Positions 10,506 to 18,730 of a DNA stretch of 64,000 nucleotides are shown in pieces (positions within the stretch are counted from its first letter, which is position 1; the number at the start of each line of letters is the position of its first letter). The stretch lies in NCBI GenBank assembly GCA_947478395.1, contig CANJVR010000002.1, positions 640,001 to 704,000 on the forward strand, in the 5' to 3' direction. The DNA is from Opitutia bacterium. GTDB lineage: Bacteria > Verrucomicrobiota > Verrucomicrobiia > Opitutales > Opitutaceae. The position numbers and the translations under genes were made by a program. A model generated the notes under the pieces. It searched no databases. It saw only the letters and a program-made list of their open reading frames with translations, and was not told the DNA's origin.

Positions 10506-11489
10506 TCAGAAAAACATCGCCTCGCTCAGCGCTGCTTCGGGCGGGAGCAGGCTAAGAGCGGTGCTCAACTCAGCCCGGCCGGAGCCAAAATCGGCGGCAA
10601 AGGCGGCGTGGCCCGCGCGGAAATCCCCTTTCCATGAAAACTTTTTTTGTCCGTCGTAGGTGAATTCGAGCGCGAGTACGCCGGGTGAAATCCCTGCCGG
10701 CGCGATACACGAAAAATTGGCCCGCGTATCGCCACAGTTGTCGAGTCGTTCCTTCACCCAAGCCAGCAGGACGCGCGCCTCGGCTTTCTCCTCCGCACCG
10801 TGGGACACGATCACCGATTTCAAACCAGAATTCAGCACGTCCATCGGGTAGCGGCTCAAAAATTGCCCGAGTGACTGGCGAACCGGAAGCAGGCGCGCGT
10901 AAACCAGATCGCGCACCGCTTCGCGTCTGGGCCACGCATAGGTCAGCGCATCCGCCGGAGCCGTCGCACTGTCGAGCAAGACGCGCCGTGCCCGCGTGAG
11001 TAAATAGCGGTAGTCGGCCAGCCGCGCGGTATCGGTGAAGCGATGCGCCCAGTAATAAAGCGGCAGATCCGTGGAGAGACAGATCGAAACCTGGTTTTCC
11101 AAAAACTCGCGCGCCGCCAGCGGGTAACTCAGCATCACGAATTCGACGCAACGCGTGTCGCCCTTCGATTTGCCCAGGAAACACTCCCCATAAACCTTCG
11201 AGCGTAATTCCGTCGCGCCCGCGTCGTCGCCCAGCGGACAAAGCACCACGACCCGGCTGGGATAGCGGCGGGAAAACTCCACCGCGGTATAAAACTGCGC
11301 GGCTGCATCCTCCGGCGTGCAACTCAGGCCGAGGTGCAGGACAAAATTCACCTGCGTGGCTTTCGCATCGTCGTTGGCGGGAGCCGGTCCGCCTTTGGCC
11401 GCCGTGTCGCTCCACATTTTCGCGAGACTTTTTGAAATCGCGCCCACCGGCACTTCAAGGCCGGGAAGTGCGTTAAAAATGGCGGGCAT
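10506..11489 (-). CDS. opcA: Glucose-6-phosphate dehydrogenase assembly protein OpcA
   Basis: Directly downstream of zwf; OpcA-like motifs PSRVVVL, DLPLYYW, VLLDS, DLVYARL. Confidence 0.8.
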   Translation of the reverse strand: MPAIFNALPGLEVPVGAISKSLAKMWSDTAAKGGPAPANDDAKATQVNFVLHLGLSCTPEDAAAQFYTAVEFSRRYPSRVVVLCPLGDDAGATELRSKVYGECFLGKSKGDTRCVEFVMLSYPLAAREFLENQVSICLSTDLPLYYWAHRFTDTARLADYRYLLTRARRVLLDSATAPADALTYAWPRREAVRDLVYARLLPVRQSLGQFLSRYPMDVLNSGLKSVIVSHGAEEKAEARVLLAWVKERLDNCGDTRANFSCIAPAGISPGVLALEFTYDGQKKFSWKGDFRAGHAAFAADFGSGRAELSTALSLLPPEAALSEAMFF

Positions 11490-11632
11490 CGGGGAAGAAA
11501 AAATTAAAATTTCCAGCACTCAAAAATCCCAGCAATTTTAAAAAGCCAAGGTTCGCGGCCGGCGATGGGAGCGGAATCGAGCTTCCTGGCGGTTTGACCA
11601 ATGTCATGGAGATTTGCCGCGTGGCCGCGGCG

Positions 11633-13171
11633 TCACGGCTGCCGCCACTGGTGGCCGGACTTCATCAGCAGCGCATCCCCACTCGGCGGGCCCCACGAGC
11701 CGGCGGCATAGCTGTCCATGCCCTTGCGGCCTTCGGCCTTCCAGTGATCGAGGACCGGGGTGTAAAGGCCCCAGGAGGTTTCCGCCTCATCGCCGCGGAT
11801 GAAAAGCGTGCCGTCGCCAATCATCGCATCCAGCACGAGTCGTTCATACGCCTCGGGGGTATTCGAACCAAACGTCGTCGCATAGCGGAAACTCATTTTC
11901 ACCGGCTGCGTGCGCGTTTCGAGGCCCGGAATCTTCGTGTTCACGATCAGGCTCAACCCCTCGTCGGGCTGGATTTGAAACGAGAGCGTGTTGGCCGCGA
12001 GGTCGAAGCCGCCGTCCTTCGAAAAGAGCGTGCCCGGCGGACGTTTGAAATTAATCGCGATCTCCGAAACGCGGCGCGCCATGCGTTTGCCGGAACGCAG
12101 GTAGAACGGCACACCTTGCCACCGCCAGTTATTGATCGAGAGCCGGATCGCGGCGTAGGTCTCGGTCCCAGACTCGGGCGCGATTCCGCCCTCTTGCAGG
12201 TAACCCGGGACGGACTTTCCGGCCATCATACCCGCGGCATACTGGGCGCGGGCTACGTCGCCGTTCGGCCCTAGCACGAGCGGTTGGATGGCCTTGAGCA
12301 CTTTGACTTTTTCGTCACGCACCGCCTCGGCATCCATGGACACGGGCGGCTCCATCGCGGTGAGCGCGAGCAATTGCATCGTGTGATTTTGAATCATGTC
12401 GCGCAGACATCCGCTCTGCTCGTAGTAACCGCCGCGCGTGCCGACGCCGACTTCCTCGGCCACCGTGATCTGCACGCTGTCGATGAAATTGCGGTTCCAA
12501 AGCGGCTCGAAAATCGCGTTCGCGAAACGCTGCACCAACAAATCCTGCACGGTTTCTTTGCCGAGATAGTGATCGATACGGTAAACTTGGTACTCCTCAA
12601 ATACCGAACGAATCGTGACGTTGAGTTCGCGGGCGGAGGTCAGGTCTTTGCCGAAAGGTTTTTCGATGATGACTTTCGCGTGATGGCTTTTCCCGAGATG
12701 TTTTCCCGCGAGACCGCTGGCGCCGAGGTTCAATAGAATCGGGGCGAAGACCGAAGGCGGCGTCGAGATGTAGAACAAGACCTGCACCTCGCGGCCGATT
12801 TTCTTTTCGATATCTGCGATGTGCGCCGCGAGCCGGTCGAAAGCGGGTTTATCGTCATAGCCACCGGCCACGTACGAAGTACGCGGCGCAATCCGCGCCC
12901 AGACCTCGGGACTCATTTCACGCCGGGAAAATTCCTTGATCGCATCCGTCGCGAGCGTCCGAAATTCGTCGTCGGGGATCGGTTTGCGGCCGTAACCGAC
13001 CAGATAGAAGTCGGCGGGCAACAGGTTATCATGCGCGAGATTGTAAACCGCCGGGATGAGTTTGCGCGCCGTGAGATCGCCCGATGCACCGAAAATCACG
13101 ACAACCGTGGGCGGTGCCCCGCGATGTTTACTGAGACCCTGAAGGAATGGATGACGCAGGGATTCGGCCAT
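11633..13171 (-). CDS. zwf: Glucose-6-phosphate 1-dehydrogenase
   Basis: GASGDLTARKL, EKPFG, RIDHYLGKE, DMIQNH, WQGVPFYLRSGK. Confidence 0.97.
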   Translation of the reverse strand: MAESLRHPFLQGLSKHRGAPPTVVVIFGASGDLTARKLIPAVYNLAHDNLLPADFYLVGYGRKPIPDDEFRTLATDAIKEFSRREMSPEVWARIAPRTSYVAGGYDDKPAFDRLAAHIADIEKKIGREVQVLFYISTPPSVFAPILLNLGASGLAGKHLGKSHHAKVIIEKPFGKDLTSARELNVTIRSVFEEYQVYRIDHYLGKETVQDLLVQRFANAIFEPLWNRNFIDSVQITVAEEVGVGTRGGYYEQSGCLRDMIQNHTMQLLALTAMEPPVSMDAEAVRDEKVKVLKAIQPLVLGPNGDVARAQYAAGMMAGKSVPGYLQEGGIAPESGTETYAAIRLSINNWRWQGVPFYLRSGKRMARRVSEIAINFKRPPGTLFSKDGGFDLAANTLSFQIQPDEGLSLIVNTKIPGLETRTQPVKMSFRYATTFGSNTPEAYERLVLDAMIGDGTLFIRGDEAETSWGLYTPVLDHWKAEGRKGMDSYAAGSWGPPSGDALLMKSGHQWRQP

Positions 13172-13417
13172 GGCGGAGAAATTTCTCCGCATCCCACGGA
13201 CGTGAGGCAAGGGAAATGGGGCCCGGGCTGAACGACGACGAGGCCCCACCGCGGGATGAAGCCTCAGGCGCCAGGATGCATGCTGGAAAAAAGGAGTGCG
13301 ACGTCCACGACTCGCGTTGCACGATTCGCGAAGGGAGGCCGAAGCCCCGCCCTGCGCTCAAAACCGGCGAGCGATCGCGCGCCCCGAGCGGTTTAATTTT
13401 TTCCGTTGCCGGGTTGA

Positions 13418-13477
13418 GTCGCGGCAGGCGTCTCAGCCTGCCGCTACGTTTTTAGCGGCTACGCTTTGGGTTAAACC
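13418..13477. repeat. REP-like palindrome (GTAGCGGCAGGCGTC family) with a shared 3' flank
   Basis: GTCGCGGCAGGCGTCTCAGCCTGCCGCTAC followed by TAGCGGCTACGCTTTGGGTTAAACC; near-identical sequence recurs at 35167-35265. Confidence 0.65.
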
Positions 13478-13495
13478 GCGCTAGCCCTACCCTGA

Positions 13496-16400
13496 TCACG
13501 GATCGACGTCGTAAACTTCCACCAAGGCGATACCGGTGTTGTTGGTGGAGCCCACGCCGCTGAGTTGCGCGGTGTAGGCGCCGGGGGCCAGCATGATGAT
13601 GATCGCCGAATCTTTGCTGCCGTTCGCCAGCGGAAACGCTCCGGCCGCCGTCGAGGCCGCCGCGATCACGGCAGCGTCGTCGCCGGCCGCCCAGTTGTCG
13701 TTAGTCGCGAGGGTCACGCCCGCACCATTGAGCAACTTGAGTTGCGGATCGGGCAACAGACTCGCCGCGGGCAAACCGAAATTCGCCAGGGTCAGACCCA
13801 CGCCGCGAATCAAGAGGCGACGCGAAACCGTCCCGTTCACCACGAAGCCCGCGATCAGAATATTTTCACCGGTGCCGACATTGCCGCGGGTCGAAACGTT
13901 GATCGCTTTCGGTCCGGTCAAGGTCGTACTCGCATCATAAACCTCAATGAGCGCCACCCCGGTGCTCGTACCGGCGCCGCGGGCCTGCACGGTGTAGCTG
14001 CCCGGGTTGAGCGTCGCGAGAATCACGGAATCCAGCGAGTTGTTCGCGAGATTAAACGCGCCGAGCCGGTTCGTCGCCTGCTGGATCGCAGAAACCAGCG
14101 TGGTGTTGGTCGCGGCCACGGTGCTCTGTGTGCCCCAATTGTCATTTGTCTGCACGCTCACGCCCGCAGAGTTGAGCAGAGTGAGATTCGGGTCAGGCAA
14201 CACTCCGGCCACGCCGAAACCCGACAGGCTCGGTCCGATCACGCGAATCAGCATCTGCTTTGTGGCGGTGCCGGTGACAACAAATCCGGCTGTCAGTACA
14301 TTGGCTCCGGTGCCCGCGACGCCGCGGGTCGAGATATTCCCGAGGCGCGTGGGTTGAACGGACAGCGTCAGCAACGCAGGGTCGCTCGTCGTCGACGCGA
14401 CCGCACTCGTCACGACCGCCGAGTAGCTGCCGGTTTTTGTGGTATCGACGTTGGTGACGCTGAGCAGCGGATTGGTCGCGCCGGCAATCGGCGCGCCGTT
14501 GAAGAGCCATTGGTAAGCGAGCGGCGGCTGGCCGACGGCGGCCACGCGGAACAACGCACCGGAACGCGCCGAGACCGTGAGCGCGACGGGCTGCGTCGTG
14601 ATCGTCACGTAACGATACGTGTAGAGCGAACTGCCGAGCAACGAGCTCGCGATGGCCGTGGTGTCGGCCAATGCCGCGAGGGCCGTGACTTGCGCGGCCG
14701 TCGGCTGGGCTTTCAAGAGCTGATAGTAAAGCGCGGCGGAACGGGCGAGATTAAGGAAAGTGGTGTTGGTCGAGTTTTTGACCGTGATAAACTCGGCGAT
14801 GGCCGTGTTCAGGCCGGCAACGGTGTAGCCACGACCGATCGGACCGATCGGTGGCGCCAGCACGACGGTATCGTTGTCGTGGAATTGCACGAGCTCCAGC
14901 GCCGTGGGAGCCCGGCCAAATGCCGACTGCCAGAGGCGCGTCGCGAAGGGCGTATAGGCGTTAGCGTAGCTCGCATTGAGCGTCGCGGCGGTGGTCGAGC
15001 CGTACTTAAAAATATATTCCGGCGATCCGAGGATGAGGCCGATGACCGTCGCGAGATTATTGCGGCTCGCATAGAGCGTCTGGTAGTTCGTGTACGTCGG
15101 CCATTCGTTCATCAACAGGTAGTACACCGCGCACAGGTTCACGTTGTTGTTGAACGCCGGATCGGCGGCCAACGCGGCCGCCAACTGCGCGCGAGTCGTC
15201 GTGCCCGCGGCGATTTGCGCCGAGGAGTTGGCCAGCTCGATCGCGTTGGGATTGCGCACGAGAATGTCCTGGTACGTCTGCAAAATGAAGGCGTCGTCGT
15301 CGATGATTGGGTTGTTGCGCTTGACCGTGACGGTGAACGGCGCGGCGATCGCGGTATTGCCGGTGTTGTCGGTGGCCAGCGCATAGACGCTGAAGGTGCC
15401 CGACGCCGTCGCGGTCCAGTTCAGCAAATAACTCGGCGCGACCGTGCTTGTGCCGACACTCACGCCGTTGGCGAAATATTGGACGGAGCTCACGGTGCCA
15501 TCGGCGTCAAAAGCATTCGCGCTGAGTTGCACCGGCTGGCTGAAGGCGACCGTAGTCTTGTCGGCCGCGATGTTGATCGTCGGCGCCGCACTCGTGGAAT
15601 TGACGACGTTGATGTTCGTCGTGCCCGAAGCGGCGAGATTGCCCGAAGTGTCGCTCGCGATCGCGACAACTTCCGTAGCGCCCGTGGGCAGGCCGGCAAA
15701 AGAGGTATTGATCCGCCAGATGTTGCTCGTCTGGTCGCGCACGGCCTGGCCGATGCTGGAACGGTTCACGAAAAATTCGACGGCAGTCACGATACCATCG
15801 GCGTCGGTCGCGGTGGCGTTGAAGTTCACCGTCGAGTTGGTGGTCACGGTGCCGGGGACGTTGATGGTCACTACCGGAGCGAGGCCGACAAGATTGTTGA
15901 CGACGACATTGCGCGAGGCCGTGGAAACGGTTTGCGCTCCTGCAGAGTCGCTGCTTCGCGCAGTGACGGCATACGTGTTCGCGATCGTGGGCGTCCAGAC
16001 CGCGCGGTACGTATTGGTCGTTCCCACACGTTGGCCGGCGGCGATCTGGGTGCCGTTGCCCAGAAAGACAACGGTGAGCGTCTGCCCAGCGTCGGCGTCC
16101 GCGGCGGTCGCTTCAAGGAAGACCGGGGCGTTGGTGTTCGTCACGGTCGCGTTGTCCGACGGACGAACCAGGATCGCGGTCGGGGCGGTATTGCCGGTGA
16201 CGTTGATCACCACCGAGGCGGAAACGGCGGTATTGCCGGTGTCGTCAGTCGCAACGCCGTAGACGTTGAAGCGCCCGGCGGTCGTAGGCGTGTAGTTTAC
16301 GGTGTACAACGGTCCGGTGGTGGACGTCGCGATGGCGGTGCCGTTCGCGAAATATTGCACCGATGCAATGGTGCCGTCGGGGTCGATCGCGTTGCCGACC

Positions 16401-18703
16401 AATTGCAGCGCGGTTCCGGCTGTCACGGTCGCAATACTGGATGTGATCGTGACGCTCGGCGCGGAGCTTTGCGATGGATTGGCCGTGAGATTTACCGTCG
16501 TGGAGATCGACTGGTTGCCGCTGTTGTCGCGGGCGATCGCATAGAGCGGAATAATATACCGGCCGTTCGCGTCGGGCGTAAGGGCGGCGTAGTTGACGTT
16601 GGAAAAATTGTAGACGAGACGGTAGACGTTGCTCGTCTGCTCGCGTGCGGCGAGGCCGACGGACGTATCGGCGAGGAAGAACTCGACCGACGCGATCGTG
16701 CCGTCGGTGTCGAAAGCGTTGGCCACGAGATTCACCGACGAAAGCGTCTGAATCGTCGTCGCCGCATTACCGGTCGGCGCGCTGATCGCGACCGTGGGTG
16801 GAGACCCCGTGACACTAGCCACGGTGACCGCGATGACATTGGACGTGGCGGTGAGGGAATTGGCGTCCGTGACCCGTGCGGTGAGCTGATGCGCGCCGAG
16901 TTGCGAGGTATCCGGCGTCCAAGCGATGGAGTAAGGTGCGGTCGAATCAACGCCGAGCGAAGCGCCATCGATGAAAAATTCCACGAGCGTAATCGCGGCG
17001 CCACTGCCGCCGACCGCCGTGGCGGTGAGTGTGACGGGGACGCCCGGAGTGACGCGTGTGCCGTCGCGCGGAGCGGTGAGCGAAACCGTCGGCGTGCCGA
17101 AGGCGGCGGTGATATTCACGGTCGAGGACACGGCGGTGTTGCCGCGGTCGTCGGTGGCGATCGCCTCGATGGCGTAGGCTCCGGGTGCGGCCGGCGTGAA
17201 GTTCGCGACGAATGGCGTGGCGACCACCGGATTTCCGATGGCGATACCGTTTTGATAAAACTGCACGCCGGTGATGGTGCCGCCAGCGGACGAGGCCGCG
17301 GTGGCGGCGAGATTGACGGCGACGTTCGGCACCACGCTCGCGTTGTTGCTGGGAGCGAGCAGCGCCACGATCGGGGGGGCGCCCACGGCGCTGACGACGT
17401 TGAGCGTGAGTTGGGTATCGCGGGAAGCGCCGGCGTTGTCCGTCGCACGAGCGACGACATTATAAATACCCGGCGCGGCTGGGGCCGTATATTTAAAAGT
17501 GAAATTGGAAGTGGTCGTCCCGGCTCCAGCGTTGGTGGCCAACGCTGACGCGGCGGTCTTCTCGCCGATCTTCGTCCCGTTCACGAAAAATTCCACGCGC
17601 ACCGGGGCTCGTCCGGCCATCGGCGTAACCGCGGCATTGAGATAACGCGTGGCGCCAGCCGGCAAGGTCATCGCGCTATTGGTCGTGGAGCCCGGCGAAG
17701 CGGTCAGCACCACCGCCGGCGAAGAGCTATCCGTGACCGTCACCATGCTCGCGGGCGAAATGATCGCGTTGCCCCTGTCGTCGGTCGCGAGCGCCGTGAT
17801 TGCGACTGCACCCGAAGCGGATGGCGTCCAGTTAAACGACCATACCCCGCCCGCTGGGGTGACCGTACCCAGCGATTCACCGTTACCGAAGATCTGCACG
17901 GAGTTGACGACGCCATCGCTGTCGCTCGCCGTACCACTGATGGTGCTGGCCACACCTACCGGCACGAACGCGCCGTTGAAAGGCGCGCTGATCCCGACCG
18001 TCGGCGGTACGCCGATGGCGTTGGCAATCTCGATGTTTACCACCGGCGAGTTTACCTGAAGGGAAACGTTGTCGACGGCGACAGCCATGAGCGTGTGCAA
18101 ACCGGGCAATGCTGGCGCCGTGAAGAGAAAGTTGTAGGGCGCGCCAGTTTTGGTCGCGACGACGGTCGAGCCGTCCAGGTAAAGATGGATGTAATCGATG
18201 GAACCATCGTCCGTCGCCGTGACTTTAACGTAGCGCGAGGAGCCAACCGGGATCGAAGTTCCGCCGCCCGCAACGGTAACGGACACGGTGGGATAAATTC
18301 CGGTAACTGAAATGGATGTCGTGACCGCTGTGCCCGTGACACTCGACAAGGTAGGCGTCGCGCGGATCGTGTACGTCCCAACGACCGTCGGCGTCCAGCC
18401 GGAGAAGCTCCACGACGTTCCGGTAACGACACCGGATCCCGAGGCGACGGTGGCGCCCGACGTATTGATCACCGCCACGGCGACCGTCGTCGAACTTGTG
18501 CCGACGGTGCCCGAGATCGTCACGACGCCGGCCGCGACCACACTGCCGGACGGGCTGCCGATCGTGGCGACCTGAGAACGAGCAATCGTCCCTGCGAACG
18601 AGAGCGCCATGATCGCACAACCCAAGCGGCGCAGAAATGACATCAAGCGTGTGGGCGAGTGGGGTTCAAGGCGCCCCACCCCGCAGAAACGGAAAAAATT
18701 CAT
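13496..18703 (-). CDS. Large exported surface protein: ~11 bacterial Ig-like repeats, DUF4214-like helical region, Ig (I-set-like) domain and tandem C-terminal 'N(I/V)STRG' domains
   Basis: Signal-peptide-like N-terminus (alternative start 18643, MSFLRRLG...TIARS). Repeated P-x-V-x-I...V(E/Q)F(F/Y)...A-x-ATD units of ~100 aa. DAFILQTYQDILVRNP and FATRLWQSAFGRAP. ITTQP...YQWLFNG. RLGNISTRG and KAINVSTRG repeats, ending ALVEVYDVDP. Confidence 0.85.
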   Translation of the reverse strand: MNFFRFCGVGRLEPHSPTRLMSFLRRLGCAIMALSFAGTIARSQVATIGSPSGSVVAAGVVTISGTVGTSSTTVAVAVINTSGATVASGSGVVTGTSWSFSGWTPTVVGTYTIRATPTLSSVTGTAVTTSISVTGIYPTVSVTVAGGGTSIPVGSSRYVKVTATDDGSIDYIHLYLDGSTVVATKTGAPYNFLFTAPALPGLHTLMAVAVDNVSLQVNSPVVNIEIANAIGVPPTVGISAPFNGAFVPVGVASTISGTASDSDGVVNSVQIFGNGESLGTVTPAGGVWSFNWTPSASGAVAITALATDDRGNAIISPASMVTVTDSSSPAVVLTASPGSTTNSAMTLPAGATRYLNAAVTPMAGRAPVRVEFFVNGTKIGEKTAASALATNAGAGTTTSNFTFKYTAPAAPGIYNVVARATDNAGASRDTQLTLNVVSAVGAPPIVALLAPSNNASVVPNVAVNLAATAASSAGGTITGVQFYQNGIAIGNPVVATPFVANFTPAAPGAYAIEAIATDDRGNTAVSSTVNITAAFGTPTVSLTAPRDGTRVTPGVPVTLTATAVGGSGAAITLVEFFIDGASLGVDSTAPYSIAWTPDTSQLGAHQLTARVTDANSLTATSNVIAVTVASVTGSPPTVAISAPTGNAATTIQTLSSVNLVANAFDTDGTIASVEFFLADTSVGLAAREQTSNVYRLVYNFSNVNYAALTPDANGRYIIPLYAIARDNSGNQSISTTVNLTANPSQSSAPSVTITSSIATVTAGTALQLVGNAIDPDGTIASVQYFANGTAIATSTTGPLYTVNYTPTTAGRFNVYGVATDDTGNTAVSASVVINVTGNTAPTAILVRPSDNATVTNTNAPVFLEATAADADAGQTLTVVFLGNGTQIAAGQRVGTTNTYRAVWTPTIANTYAVTARSSDSAGAQTVSTASRNVVVNNLVGLAPVVTINVPGTVTTNSTVNFNATATDADGIVTAVEFFVNRSSIGQAVRDQTSNIWRINTSFAGLPTGATEVVAIASDTSGNLAASGTTNINVVNSTSAAPTINIAADKTTVAFSQPVQLSANAFDADGTVSSVQYFANGVSVGTSTVAPSYLLNWTATASGTFSVYALATDNTGNTAIAAPFTVTVKRNNPIIDDDAFILQTYQDILVRNPNAIELANSSAQIAAGTTTRAQLAAALAADPAFNNNVNLCAVYYLLMNEWPTYTNYQTLYASRNNLATVIGLILGSPEYIFKYGSTTAATLNASYANAYTPFATRLWQSAFGRAPTALELVQFHDNDTVVLAPPIGPIGRGYTVAGLNTAIAEFITVKNSTNTTFLNLARSAALYYQLLKAQPTAAQVTALAALADTTAIASSLLGSSLYTYRYVTITTQPVALTVSARSGALFRVAAVGQPPLAYQWLFNGAPIAGATNPLLSVTNVDTTKTGSYSAVVTSAVASTTSDPALLTLSVQPTRLGNISTRGVAGTGANVLTAGFVVTGTATKQMLIRVIGPSLSGFGVAGVLPDPNLTLLNSAGVSVQTNDNWGTQSTVAATNTTLVSAIQQATNRLGAFNLANNSLDSVILATLNPGSYTVQARGAGTSTGVALIEVYDASTTLTGPKAINVSTRGNVGTGENILIAGFVVNGTVSRRLLIRGVGLTLANFGLPAASLLPDPQLKLLNGAGVTLATNDNWAAGDDAAVIAAASTAAGAFPLANGSKDSAIIIMLAPGAYTAQLSGVGSTNNTGIALVEVYDVDP

Positions 18704-18730
18704 GGCGGTATTTCCAGTGAGGGCTGCGGG

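Noticed and set aside
13565..17548. 1327-aa plus-strand ORF
   Set aside because: Antisense shadow of the Ig-repeat gene. The Arg/Gly-rich translation has no motifs, as expected from GC-biased codon usage on the opposite strand.
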